Of a stretch of DNA of 64,000 nt, positions 12,601-25,660 are shown one piece after another (position 1 is the first letter of the stretch; every line of letters starts with the position of its first letter). Position numbers and translations under genes: made by a program. The stretch lies in assembly GCA_964036045.1 (NCBI GenBank), contig OZ038378.1, forward strand, positions 168,144,001-168,208,000, in the 5' to 3' direction. Under the pieces are notes generated by a model. It was not told where the DNA came from and did not search any database. It saw nothing but the letters and a program-made list of their open reading frames with translations. Origin of the DNA: Eutreptiella sp. 'Long Island Sound 2002'. Its lineage: Eukaryota; Protista; Euglenida.

Positions 12601-15600
12601 AGTCTCCATTTTAAGCATGGCCTTGGCTAAGCATGGTCTGAACGAGGGTGTTATGATGGAGAACACCAGATGACATGGATGTGAGCCTGTTTTTGGAAGT
12701 GTCTGTGCAACTAAATTCTGCCATGAGGATGCACAAGGTGGAGTGGAATGGGGCCGGCAATTCATTCGCATTCAGCTGTGTGTCGAAATACTCGCTTGTT
12801 GCAGGGAAGCACCGCCTTCACAGAGCACAGGACCGTCTGACCATTCTTGTCCCTGACCTGGGCTGTGATCACACAAGGGGGACAGGGAATACTTGAAATA
12901 CGTGCCATCTAATGGCGCCTAAAGGCGCGCCACGCAAGTGATAAGTTTTCTTTGATGGTGGTCGTTCATTGATCTGTGACACATGTTGTGCAAGTGGCTG
13001 AGACAGGGACCATGCAATCAACATGATGCAGAAGCCATCACGCCTCTTCTCTATGGCACGGAAAGACGGATGACAGGGATGCGGTGTACCAAGGCAGAGA
13101 TGCAGTGTCACGCAGAAACATACGCAGAGAGGGCCCACTGGAGTAGCTGGAGGCGAGGGCGGGCTGAGGAACAAACTGTAGAGGGTTGAAGGGTTGGGTA
13201 ACTAGGAGGTGACCAAAGTTTGCCCAGACCGCTATTGTTTCCTTGCTCTCTCCTTCGCCTCATGTTACAGGCCCCTGCAGCCTCCAAGACAGTGGCCCAG
13301 GTGTTTGTTGTACACTTGGTTCTATGTGCACATGGCTCCCCAAGTTTGTGGAAGGTGAATGGTCGTTCGGGCAGCACGACGAAGAGGTCCTTCACCGACC
13401 GTCACAGGAACCCAGCTTGCCACACTCTATTTATCTATTTACCAGACCAACCCACTCTCCCCGACCCTGCCCCACCCTTGATTTCAATTGCTGTGTGCTC
13501 AGGCACCACTTGTGCCGTGGAGTAGCTCTGAGGAAAATTTCTGCAATTTTTGGCACTCGCCTGAAAGTGATTGGCGCGTTGCAGTGATCGTTCTGGGGGG
13601 GGCACTTGAAGGCCTAATGCTCACAAAGTGGACATGTGCCCACAGGCCAAGGGGATTGGAAGCAGTGTGCCCAAAAAGAAAGGAAGGGAAGGGCATCCCC
13701 TTCTCCACTCCTGATGACTCGCGTAGGTCGATTGTGCAGCGGCGGGGTGCCAGCCCACTGGGCCCGGCCTGGGGACACGACCGCTCCCCCTCCTTCTTGA
13801 AAGTTGGTTGCCAAGTGGTGACCGAGAAAGCCCACAAGAAGAGGACGATAGAAAGTTTCTTCAGTGGGCTCAATTGCAAGTTTGAGGTGCGTATGTGACC
13901 CCTCCTGGGGCACCGCCAACTAGAGTGTTGGTGGGCATCCCATCCTGGACTGTCACAGAGGGGGGGTGGGGGGATCATTTTACAAAGGTCTGAGGTGCGC
14001 CGGGCTTGGTGTGTGTTGGGGCTGGGTTTTAGAAGCTGCATGTTGCCATCAGCAGTAACAGGGACATTTCCTTGGCCTGGGTCCACCCGCCCGTCCCAAC
14101 CCGTTACAGGGGGGTCCTCTTACATGGGGGAGAGGTCTGGGGCCGGCACGGGATGTCCCCGCCTCCTGATCAATTTGCAGCTAGCCTTGCCCCCCCCCCC
14201 CCCCCCCCAAGCACCACCCACCCAGCCTTCCTTGTCGACCGACAGTTGGTGGGTGGGTCACAATGGAAGCAGTACGGTGCCTCACAGGACCACGCGCTCG
14301 CTGCTTTCAAACGGCAACTAGGGAGACATACAATGGTCACCCAGGTGAAGCGCGGAGCTGGGGACTAGGACAGATAGGGCAGAGGGGGGGATGTACATCA
14401 CATCGTGTGCCCCCTGGGGAAGGCGAAAAAAGATTTGTGCGCGGGGGGGAGGGGGGTCGTATGAGCCCCTGAAGGAGGTGGGGGAGGTTTTGATCGGGAC
14501 TATTCATAGCACAAACATTTGGGAATTTTTTCCCCACTGGACTGAAAAATTTTCGGGAACTAACTACCACCAGTCCCTCCGCGGTATTAAAGGGGCACGG
14601 GCAGGGCCTAGGGGGCAGTTCCCTAGTGCGCTCAACCGTGATGGGCAATGTCTGACTTGTGTAACACCCTTTTTTGGCAGATCCAACTAGGGGGAAAAAG
14701 AAAAAAGTCTGGAATGGGGGCACCTGGGCTCCTCCTTAGGAGAATGCCTAACCCTAAGCTGAGCGAAATACACACTCAGACCCCCCCCCCATACCTCGGG
14801 GGCTATAAAGATGGATGCGACCTTTTCTTCTGACACTTTGCCTCTGAGACTCAGATAATGCACCGTCAATGCGTGCTGCATCTTCTAGTGCTACTTCCAT
14901 GTCCACTTCCACTTCTAGCTCAAGCACTGACTCTGACTCTAACCCGACAAGTTTGGTTCTGCTTCTTATAGCAGTAGTCCCAAATTTGATTCCTCTGATT
15001 TGTTAGATTCTTCATCTGACGCTGAGTTGTAGTGCCAACACGAGGCTATGGTGGGGCGCCGCATCCCTTTTTTTTGTTTGTTTTTGGGATGTAGCCGGAA
15101 TTGACCGGACATAAGTACCACCACGGTTGGTGGGGGGCGGGAATCACATTTCATCCTTGAAGGGTCCCTCTTCTATTGTGGAGTCCATTCTGGTTGCCCG
15201 ACGTTTGAGCCCCGAATGGGGGGGGTCTAGGAAAGGGGCTGAAACGGCCCCCGCCCGCGCAAACCTTTTTTTTCCCACCCCTGTCGATGTGTGGATGCGC
15301 CCTTGCCCGCACGATGTGGTATGGGCGCATTGGCCTTCCCTAGGAGCCCTCGTGGTGAGCCGCGCCAGCCTAGAGTTCGAACACTATTTGAACTATGCAC
15401 TTTTAGTGTGATACACTGTGGACAGCGCCAAGAGATCTGCATAACATGCACAAAGCCCGTGTATTTTCTATATACAAAATACTGACAAACCTTTGCACAA
15501 AGACAGGGAATTGCCCGCAGAGTCTTCTTTCACCGCACGCATCACTCCCCCATTTTCCAGCCCCTGGGCAGGTGTGGCCCCCGGGGAAGGTGCTGCATGC

Positions 15601-16403
15601 ATAGCCGATTGACCCTTGTAACCTTATGCCCCCTCTGTGTGAGGACGGCGGGTAGGGTAGGTGGTAGGGCTGACAACGTACTGTTTCAGACAATGAGTCT
15701 GAAGTTCTGGAACAATTTCAAACAGTTGTTGATGGTACCAGACAATTCAAAAAAAAAAAACTTACAAATCTGTGTGTCAAACTAAAGAACTGACGCAAAA
15801 TGATGCAGAACCCCCACACAAAGCCATTTCAGATATCAGTAGCAGAAATCGGCCTCCTGGCAGCCTAATGCAACCCAACACCGGACCACATGCAAATGGG
15901 GCAGCTATCATCGGATCCCCAGATCAGATCCGTACAAACCGCAGTGCAGTGCATCCAAACTACCCATGCACCCGGATTGTAGGGTTTGTTCTCAAAGATA
16001 CCCCCATTCTCCGCATGGGCTAAGCTTCTTGGCTTTGTGCACCCCCAAATGAGTACCGCCCTGGGCAAACAATGCCCTGTCCAAACAACACCAAGCGCTG
16101 TTATCCCAAGTCTTTGAAGCATGCCGTTGTTCGGTAAGTGCAGAGATGAGGTCGCTCTGGCATGTGTCTGTGCTTTGTTGCTCATTTGTGAATGTCTGTG
16201 GTACCCGCCATTGTCCCTTGCAGTGCACAATTCTGGTGCACATACCTGTAGGCTTGTGCGCATGCAACAGCCTGATCAAGCAGTACCAGATGTTGGTTCT
16301 GCGACTAGTGGTGCTTGTTCCGTTGTTTGCGCAATGGGGGCAGTGTGTTCGCGCCCACGACGCATGGGGGGCAACAGTCTGTTGCAGTCCTCCCTTGTAC
16401 CAG

Positions 16404-16484
16404 GTGATCCTGCATCCGAATGGGGCGCACCTTCACGTTACGACGAACAACTACACTTCAACAAGCGGCGTAATCTGGCCATGC
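16404..16484 (+). CDS. METTL21/Methyltransf_16-like methyltransferase, exon (SGVIWPC)
   Basis: accag|GTG acceptor (alternative at 16388), donor GTATGC at 16485, phase 0. Joined to the next exon it gives GVIWPCASLMLQYL, matching the family pattern VWDAAxVLxxYL. Upstream exons unresolved. Confidence 0.75.
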
Positions 16485-16742
16485 GTATGCCCATTTTTCT
16501 CACCTCCATCCAGTCCAGTCGTGTGCTTGCATACCTCTTCTTGACCAGACCTGAAGATGCATTCGAGGTTTCATAAAAATGAGAATCCGCCGGGTAGTGG
16601 GGATGGAGAAGGCCCACCTTCATCTTGTTTTGGTAGGGGTTCATCTAGGCGGGGAACCGTGACTAATGAGTCATCAGTGCTGCTAACTAACGGCTCCCCG
16701 GGTGTGCAATGTGCCCAAAGGTGCCCTGGCTCTTGTCTGTAG

Positions 16743-16857
16743 GCCTCTCTGATGCTGCAGTATCTCGGTAACTTGCCGGTCCATTTCTGGCCATCAAAGC
16801 AAGTGCTGGAGCTTGGGGCTGGCACGGGGCTGCTGGGCATCTACGTGGCAACGCAGG
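16743..16857 (+). CDS. METTL21-like methyltransferase, exon with SAM-binding motif I
   Basis: Reads ASLMLQYLGNLPVHFWPSKQVLELGAGTGLLGIYVATQ. Acceptor tctgtag, donor GTGTGC at 16858, phase 0-1. Confidence 0.92.
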
Positions 16858-17584
16858 GTGTGCCTAACATAGGGAAGCTACGGACAGCGAACCAGTATGT
16901 GTGACGCGGATTTACCCTTCCGAATGTGCGAAGGGAGTCACACATGCCTTGATGCAGGGGGTGACCGTCACGTGGCGATGATGGAGCGTTCTTGTGTGCT
17001 TGCATTGTGCTTTTGTGCCATTCCCATTGTCCGTATGATACCGCTGTTGCCAGTGCCAGCTCAAGGCTTTTTGGGCGTGCTGGGCCCAGAGGGGGCGCTC
17101 AGGTGTAAACCGTAACCCCCCCTCCACCCCACCCCCTCCAGCGAGTAAAAAAATATTCGTGTGGTCAGACCCTCAAATGGCGCAACAGACGCGGAAACTC
17201 TTCCCCACCCTGCGGGTCAATGCACCACTCCTGTTTTCAGGGAGGCAGGGGGAGCGGGGGGCTTTATTGTTTGGGTTTAAGGTTCACTGGCCCCCTGAGC
17301 TCAACACCTACTGTCGGTCGTCAGAATGTGGGATACCAGCGTATCAAAGTGGTCATTGTGCGAGCTCGGCCAGGGGGGCTCTAATCCTTACGCTGCCACT
17401 CCTTCAACTGATTGGCTTAGCACAGGCTTACCGTGCGTCGGGCTCACTGTGTCCGTGTGTGTGAGTAACAGTGCTCAGGCTGGCGGCTGTATATTATGAT
17501 GCCGCACGCCACACCACGTGAATTGCGGTCTGTATCGGAGCAGATTCACCCCGTCGAGGCTTCGTTCTGGTGTTGTGGTTGCAG

Positions 17585-17687
17585 GGGCCTCCGTCACAAT
17601 AACTGATCGACCGGAGGTTGTCCCGCTGTTGCAGAAGAACATAGATCTGACCGCTGCAAAGTCTTGCGTGGCCGAGGCACTGGCTTG
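17585..17687 (+). CDS. METTL21-like methyltransferase, exon (post-I TD motif)
   Basis: Reads GASVTITDRPEVVPLLQKNIDL...EALAW. Acceptor gttgcag, donor GTGTGC at 17688, phase 1-2. Confidence 0.9.
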
Positions 17688-17979
17688 GTGTGCCTCTGCT
17701 CCGCCAGTTCGAACTCGTGCCGTGTGTATCATGTCCCTCACGTCGCCGGTGTCACAAGTATCACTCCCCGCACAGGCCCGCGGCCCTTACGACGCCAGCA
17801 ACTCGCTGTCGGGTTATGCAGCGTGACACCCCACCAGCACACTGTGTACCGCACATTCCACACACAACGCCTGAGTCACTGCTTCGAAGAAAGGTGATGC
17901 ACTACGGTAACAGCGTTGTACAGACCGGACACTTCAGACACCGCTTTTGTGCTTGGCTTCGCTCACCACCAAATTTTAG

Positions 17980-18187
17980 GGAGAACGCATGCAGCTCTGT
18001 GAGCGAGTTGGACGTGCTCCTCGTGTGTGAGTGTCTGTACAGCGACCTGTATTATGAGGCTCTTGCTCATACTATCAAGTCTTACACCGCGAGCCGCACT
18101 GTCGTTGTCTTCGGTTACAAGCGTCGTGATGAAGATCGGGAGCGGAAATTCTTTGCATTGCTGGAGCCGAGCATGCACATTCATCAG
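17980..18187 (+). CDS. METTL21-like methyltransferase, exon (motif II region); 3' end uncertain, may read through to the stop at 18463
   Basis: ttttag|G acceptor, phase 2. Reads ELDVLLVCECLYSDLYYEALAHTIK...VVFGYKRRDEDRERKFFALL. Possible donor GTGCAC at 18188. Confidence 0.85.
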
Positions 18188-18975
18188 GTGCACGCCCAAG
18201 CCACTGGCTTCAAGCTGGCCATTGTCTACTGCAGAACTTTTTTATGCGCCCCAGCCTCGGAAAGTAGCCACGAGTTATGCATAGATCTGATTCCAATGGG
18301 GCTACACACAGCTGCAGTGGTACACAACACATACAGAAACACGTGCAGAACCCATGAGGCTCAAGCGATGAAGTATCATGCAGTCTCTCGTTGGAGAGAT
18401 GCGTGCCAAGCTCTATGTAGGGAATGTTGTAGTGTGTATGCAGTGCAAAGCTTTCTAAATTGACCACGACCCAGACCCTAGTTTTGGGACTTTTCCATGA
18501 GCCACTAGATTTCTTGAGTGGAAAATTAGTTTAATTCTGTTGATGGCATCCATGTGGGGAAATAGGGCGCATGTAGGGGGCTGTAGAGCGGCTGTAAAGG
18601 GGGCATAGATAGCAATCAGAGGGGATGTGGATGGACAGTAGAAAGGAAGCAGAGAACTAGAGGTGGGGTCCGGGCTTTTAGTTACTGCCCATCCCCCTTT
18701 TGTCTTCTACACACTCCTCTATGATACCCCTCTACGACCTCGCGCTAGAGGTCTTGGTGCCAGTGTGGGGGTCCAGCAGGCTTCCAGCTATCAAGGCGGG
18801 GGAGGGATAGCACAGGCGCCCAGCCAGCTTATCCCGCTAAAACCGTTCCCAACCCTTCGCAACAGCATTCAGAATCTTAATAAGCCGTTGCCCTCAGAAA
18901 TTGACGTCAGCACGCACACATGCACACGCGCACGCGCACACACGCACATCAATGGACTTCAAAGAATTGCCATTG

Positions 18976-19140
18976 GCGAGAATTGAACGCAATGAAAACA
19001 CCCCCGTGGTGGGGCGGTTGGCAAATTGGCAGACACGCACACACACATGCAGACCCTAACCTTAACCCTGCCTTAGGCGAGAACTGATTGCGTTGAAAAC
19101 AACCCCGTGGTGGGGCAATTGGCAATTGGCACACATGCAG
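18976..19140. repeat. Imperfect 100-bp tandem duplication with a CCCTAA-like spacer
   Basis: GGCGAGAA(T/C)TGA...GAAAACA(C/A)CCCCGTGGTGGGGC...TTGGCA at 18976 and 19076; ccctaaccttaaccct between the copies. Confidence 0.8.
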
Positions 19141-22064
19141 ACGTGGCACACAAAGGATTGGTGTGACAAATAGGGACTTGGCAAATTCGGTACAGATCTC
19201 ATTTGAGAAACATCAGCCGATATGATTGGCCGCAACAAGACCCTGATATGCAGCAAAGTGATGGAGCGCTGCAAACCCTAAATTGTAGCGACTGCGTGGT
19301 CAACTTGAACACACACTTCCCTTCAAGTCAGGAACGCCTTTAGAACAAAGGGCCGGGGGTAGAGAGGTGAGTGGGTGGGTGGATTGGTCCAAAGATTTGC
19401 CGTTTTGGCCAACAGCCATCCCATCCGGGCGGGGGGGGGGGGGTTGAATGGGATACTTTGGCATGATTCCTCAAAGGTAATGCGGGAGTTGGGAGTGGCA
19501 GAAGTGGTTCAAATCGAAGTCCATGTGACATTACAACTTGTGAACCTCAAATAACTGGTCGGCTTAGTCGGTTTATACATTAGGCAACAGTTGCAGGGTT
19601 CCTGTTGGTGTTGGGCACAAATCTTTTTGATCTTCATTAATCTACTTGTTTCACCAGGGTACACTTGGTGCGCAGCATGGTGAGGCAAAACATCAACCCC
19701 TGCCCTTATATAGGGTTGACAGGCCACCAAGCAATAGCCTGACAGAACATCAACTACTACTCAGTGGCTGCATGTGACTCTCTACTATGGCTGTGCATTG
19801 TTCCATAGCAGCACTATGGCAGTGCACTGCGCACCATGCTTGTGCTGGCTGTGTTATGGCTCAGCATTGCCACACTTTGGTGAGACACTGTGGCGTAGTG
19901 GCAGAGCATTGCTGCACATGGCGTGGCTGTCAGGAATCTTGTGCTCATGTTATGCTCATGAATGCGTGAGGTTGTAAGGCTTGTCAATGGATACAGGTCC
20001 ACATATCTGCGTTTGTGTCGGCCATTCATGTATATATGTGAACAGCAACGCAGGCGTGCACTGCACAATGCCACTCCACCAGATTGCGACCATGCCTACA
20101 ATTACTGGTGCCCCCCCCTAAGAAAACGCCGCAAAGTAAAAGAGCAGCACATTGCATTGCTGCTGGCCAGTCTGTGAAGCGAATGTCAAGCAGAGAGTGC
20201 GCGGACATGTAAGTCCTCAAAAAAGCCTCCTGGCGCTCTCCGAGTGGGATTCCAATGATTGACCTCTAATACACCTACAGGGCACTGCGAGCACGCCACG
20301 GCTGTTTCACAAATGGTGCCCCGCCACAATGGCCGGTCCACACTCGGAGTGCGAGCCCACCCCACGACACAATATACCGCTCAGCCACCGCCGTCAGCTG
20401 CAGATCACAGTCACGTGTTAGCGGATGAGTCAGAAGCCTATGCCAGGAGGCAACCAGCAAGCCAGCCAGATAGACAGCGCGGCAGGCAGGCAGGCAGACA
20501 AAAGGGGAGGCGACGGGAGGGAACAATAGTTTGCTTTGCCCTAGCCAAGGTTTGATTGTCAATTCTGCAGGTTTTCGATGAACCCTCCACCCGATGCGTC
20601 CTGCTGCTGTTGGTATTGAAGCCGCAGGCCGCCACGCAGAGTGAAGCCTCGCAGTCTCCGAAAGGTCGTTTATTTCAGGATCCAGCTGCCAACCTTTTGG
20701 ACTTGCGCCCCCCGCACGCCTGCACACACATGCAATCCGGCGCCGGAGGAGAGAAGCTTTGTCGGAAACAATTTTTTTGTGTCGTCTTTGCAGTCTTCTT
20801 CAGTGCGAATTGAAGCATAGGTCCTTTCAGGGGTGATTATTGATGCGCTGACGGTATCGTGTGCTGATCTCTGAAGGAGAGACGGGGCAACAGTCCCCTT
20901 AAGGACTGCATTTGGTGTCAAGTGTCTTTCCCTCCTGCTGGAGGGCCACAGGGAACCGGGTCATAGAAATAAACGATGCGGTTGTTCACTGCTGTTGCAC
21001 GTGCTAACGTTCTTTTGGGATGGAGCTCCAGTGCGTGTGGACCCCTGCATCTGGCTCTCGACTCTGATTCCGGCTCTGCTAACTGTGACCCTGAAGGGTC
21101 ATCGGCATGTGTCACCCTGAAGCGTCACGGAGGCATGTAGATGCCTCCGTGACACATGATCTTCTGGGTGCCAATGGAAGGCCAAAGTACAGCGCTGAAT
21201 GGTGGGCCCCACGAAACTTGGTGTTGTGCCCTCAAATAAACCCACTACTATCAAATGCTCGACCCTGTTCATGCGGAGTATTTTTCGCGGCCCTCGGGAT
21301 CCCCTAGGGTACTGGGAAACGGTGCGCTTGTGCCAGCCCATGGGGGGACGGGGAGGTCACGGGTTCGAATGTCTTCTCCCCTGCAGAATGGAATTTTCCC
21401 TTTCCCCATTTGGTTCGTGCATACGCGGTGCATGTGATCATGTGCAGTGAAATTTCAAGGCGTTGAGCCACCCATGTGCTGCAAGCTTTTGGCAAGGTTC
21501 ACGGTGTGCATGGGCTGGTAGCCAGTCGGGATGGTTCCGTCTTTGTCTCAGAGGCCACCAGTATGCTGTGCTAGTTTTATGAGCATCCAACTGTTAGGAC
21601 TCCCTTTAGGTGTAGAGATTCACTCTTGTTGAGAGTAGTGCTTCAGAAGGCGTGGAATTCCCATTCTTTGACTTATTCGGCCCTCATTCCAACATTCTGT
21701 CAATTATGCTGGTCTGGCATCCAGACATGTCATTGTGCTTCAGGGACAGCCTGTGGACCTTTGCTGGAGCCGTGGTTCGGGCCATTCTGCCGCGTGAGCC
21801 CGGAGGATGTGCAATCGCAAGAGACTGCAGCACGTGACGTGTGTGAACACATTGCGTGTAGGATGGGCGCACGCTGTTGGTAAGTAAGGGCAATGACAGG
21901 GACACTTGGCACAGCACAGGGGATGCTTGGTGGCAACCTGCTTTTCCCTGTACCTGCTCGTCCCGGCTAGGGGATTTTGTGCAGAGCGATCAGCTGAACC
22001 TGGTGCAAGTCCAAGACGTTAGTGGCGACGCTGAGGACCGTTGTTGGTCCGATTGCAATGGGGA

Positions 22065-22630
22065 GGTCCGCAATTTTTGCAGTTTCCCGCAACGTCGAAA
22101 TTTTGCGCTATTTTCGCAATTTCCCGCAATTCATCGTAGTTTACCGCGATGGTTTCGCAAATGCTTCGGGATTGTCCATCTTGCAAGCCTGTTGGTGCCC
22201 TTTGCTGTCAATGTGCAATGATACAACTACTGCAGAACAAATAATCTTCAATCTTGTCCCCGCCTCAAAATGAGTGAATGGTTCATTCTTCTGCCACAGC
22301 GTCGTGTTGCAATGTGTGTCTGTCAATGTGCAACTGTCATTTGCTGGTGTGCAACGTGATTACCACACTCTGTTTCCCTTTTGTTGCACCCAACAATATG
22401 GCATCAGTCAATACAGCTGACGAGGTGCTGCCTTCGTTTGATGCTTCAATTCCATGGTGATTTTGAGGGCCAGCTCCTGCGACAATGGAAAAAAAACCGT
22501 TAGCCACCTGTCCAGGAGTGTTGTTCCCCGAGGGTTAAGGAGGGTTGCTTGCGCCATCGCAATTTTCCCGCAATTTTCCGCAATTTATCGCAATTGGATT
22601 GGACGTCCCATGTCCACAACCCCCCCCCTC
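22065..22630. mobile_element. MITE-like element of the CGCAATTTTCCGCAA family, interrupted
   Basis: Shares blocks with 43412-43644 (cttgc...gttggtgccc, cgcaattttcc repeats, gcaattggatt..ccacaacCCCCC end). Confidence 0.55.
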
Positions 22631-23809
22631 TGGCCCTCGTTTGAGATGTGCTGCAGAGCAGCAGGTCAAACAATGAACTGAGGTTTGTGGCGATGACCAT
22701 ATGCCTGTGACACGGGGGTACATGTGAGCTCTGTATCCGTTGCTTTATGGCCGCACGCCCACCGGTTGGGAGTATCGCAAACAAAAGCTTTCCGATCTGC
22801 AGTGATGAGCATGGTTCTACAGATGAGGCGAGCGATGCGCATAACAGAGGGAGTTTGGCACAGAGATGTGCCCATAGCCACCTTCCATGCCCATTCTCCC
22901 AGGCTCAGCCATCTTTGCCTCGCTCTAAGAGCAGGTCAGACAGTGAAGGTCTTCGTGACCATCAAAACCGTCCACACAGTTTTCTGGGCACAACCAAACC
23001 AGAACCTGCAGCTTTGTCGACGTGTGCCCACTGGCTATTTCCTCGAAATGGACCTTTGCAGGCAATTCTACTGCGATGTCGTTTTGATAGATGTAGGGAA
23101 GGAGGGGGCAAGAGGGGGAGGGAGGGGGTAGGGGTGGAGGTCGCGACAAGTAATGGGAGGAGCCACCGTGGGAGGAAGTATGGGAGGAGGTCGCAGATGG
23201 AGGCAGGGAGATAGGAAGGGAGAGGGGTAAGAATTGAGGGAGGAGGAGGGGGTTAAGGGAGGGAACGAAAAGGAGAAGGTAGAGACTGCAGTTCATGATG
23301 GCATGGGGTTGCATTAACAAGTCCCTCTCGTGGTCCGATGCGGGCGTGGTGGCAGCCCAAGAGGAATGTTTTCACTCATGCAATGGCCTCAGCCCATCCT
23401 CCTCCTTTGACCTCACAGAATTGCTCCATTTGCAAAGAGGCACATTTGGCCCGGCAGCAATTCCATGTCACCCAGCAGCAGACGGTAGCTGTGTTGGTGG
23501 CTGTGGCCCTTTGCATTGCTGCTGCCAAGGCGACACACCAAACGCCGGTATTGTACTTTTGCCCCACATTTGCTCGTCACCTCGAACCTCCCCTCACCTC
23601 CCCATTCTTCCAATAGTGGATTCCTTGCAGCCTTACATTTTAGAGTTACAGGCAGTATCATTGTGAGAGGTCGCCCGGACGAAGCTGATATAGGTGCGGC
23701 CATTCAGGCCCAATCACATTGTTAACTCCAACGGGAGGCTGCAGGGCGTGGTGTTTGTGCGCCCCAAGTGTGTTGGCCACAGTGCCGATCTGCAGACGGG
23801 CCAATCACC

Positions 23810-23990
23810 AATCGGGGTCACAATTTTCGATTCTTGGGCCAAAACGCACGTTCAAAGCAAAAACCGGTGTCAAAATGGTCGACTCTGGGGTGTTGGAGAC
23901 ATAACTTCTGGGTGGTTTTGGAATTGGTTCTGATTCCGCATCTCTAATTTTGGGATCATCCATCATCCTCATCCATCATCAAATCCCCAA
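23810..23990 (-). repeat. Inverted monomer of the ~160-bp repeat at 25.0-25.66 kb
   Basis: 35-bp exact inverted match 23946-23980 vs 25350-25384, plus a diverged remainder. Confidence 0.8.
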
Positions 23991-25019
23991 ACAAGGTCCT
24001 GCCTGTGTGTGTCCTGGGAAGGAAGGACCACCTGTGCACGCCGACGGGTCCCACTCCTGTGCCTGTGGTTGTGTGCTAAGGGGTAGGGGGCAAGGACCTG
24101 CAGGCACCCGTGGTTGCTCCATCGTGGGTAAAGGGTTGTGTGTGTGCCTGGTGCTCCAGGTCCCAGAGGGGAGCCTTACGCTGAGCCCACCGGGGGAGAC
24201 ATGGGCCCAGGCACGCTACCTCTAGGTCTCAGGGACATGCTTCAAAGCCATCCCACAGCTGTGTGGGCGTGGGGATGGCTGAGGCATGACGTTCGACTGA
24301 TCGTTGCCTGTTGGCGCAGGTGGTGCTGCCGGTTGGCCTGGCCCTCATGCTCATGGCGAAGTGCCTCGGACAGTTGAAGGGGACCTGATGCGTGCAGAGC
24401 GCTGCCCTGCCCCAGGACCTACCCAGGCGAGGGCACCGGAGGGCACACCACCTGAGTGACCCCTCCATGGAGAGGGGGCAGGGGATACTAAAGCCTGACT
24501 AAGGTGAGCTAAGCAAAGGTGTAGGGGGAACCTTTGGTAGACTTACCCTGGTTGACATAACCACCTACCAAGAGCTACTGGATTGCAACCACACAAAGGC
24601 ACATAACTTTAAAGAGGAGTGGGAAGGAGAGACAATGCAAATTGGTGTATGAAAAACGCAATGTTGAAATGCCCCGTCAAAGCAAGAACACACTGCATAT
24701 CTGCTGTTCGGCCTGTTGTATGCAAGAAAATGTTGCAAGAAGGGGGGGGGGGGGGCATACAGGCAATGTGACTGTTGGCGGCCAAACGGTGGTATTGCTT
24801 CACAGCAGCACAGTGCTCACCTGTGCAGATCAGATGAGAGGGGTGCTTGCGTCAAACGCCCGATCCCACTATGTTAAAAGCCTCCCTCTTCCACTCTTTC
24901 TCCCTGTGGTACTCTCAGTTTCAGGGGTGAGAGACGCTGGGGACCACAATGTCAGTTGAACAGGGGACTCAATAAAGGCTCCTAATGGAACACATCCACT
25001 TTTGGGGGGAAGGGGTACA

Positions 25020-25660
25020 TTGAATGGATGATGACGATGAATGATCCCGACATCAGAGTTGCTGAATCCCCAAAACGACTTGTTTGGTTGTGTTTGTACC
25101 AGTGTAAAGTGGACCTTTTTTGAGGTCTGTTTTGGTGTGAAAGTGGGTTTTGGCCTGAGCATGTAAAATTGTGACCCTGATTGGGGTTTGGATGATGGAT
25201 GATCCCAATGTTGCAGGTGCTGAATCCCCACAACCACTTGTACAGTTGTGTCTGTAACAATGTAGAGTGGACCTGTTTGGATGGTTGTTGTGGTGTGAAA
25301 GTAGTTTTTGGCCTGAGATTTGTAAATGGTGAGCCTGATCGGGATGATGGATGATGGATGAGGATGATGGATGATCCCAAAATTCGCAGATGCTGAATCG
25401 CGCAAACAAATTATACAGTTGTGTCTGCAATAGAGTGGACCTGTATTGACATTGGGTTGGTGTGAATGCAGGGTCTGGCCCGAGCGTCTAAAATCGTGGC
25501 CCTGATTGGGGTATGGATGATGGATGATGATGATGGATGATCTCAAAATGACAGCAGTGCAGAGCGGACCTGTTTTGACGTTGGCCTGGTGTGACAGTGG
25601 GTTTTGGCCTGAGATTCTAAAATCGTGACCCTGATCGTGGATTGAACGACGGATGATCAA
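25020..25660. repeat. Degenerate tandem repeat, ~160-bp unit, about 4 copies
   Basis: Units start GATGATC(C/T)C near 25040, 25198, 25370 and 25535, each with GTGGACC...GGTGTGA...TTTTGGCC...TAAAAT(T/C)GTGACCCTGAT. Confidence 0.85.

Noticed and set aside
15690-15734. Possible upstream methyltransferase exon (NESEVLEQFQTVVD)
   Set aside because: Phase 1-1 does not join either acceptor of the 16404 exon without an unidentified extra exon; left unannotated.
16121-16576. 151-aa ORF overlapping the methyltransferase exon
   Set aside because: The alternative frame supplies the conserved GVIW motif with correct spacing to YL.
24869-25660. C-terminal half of the 416-aa ORF
   Set aside because: It is a translation of the ~160-bp tandem repeat, which also occurs inverted elsewhere.
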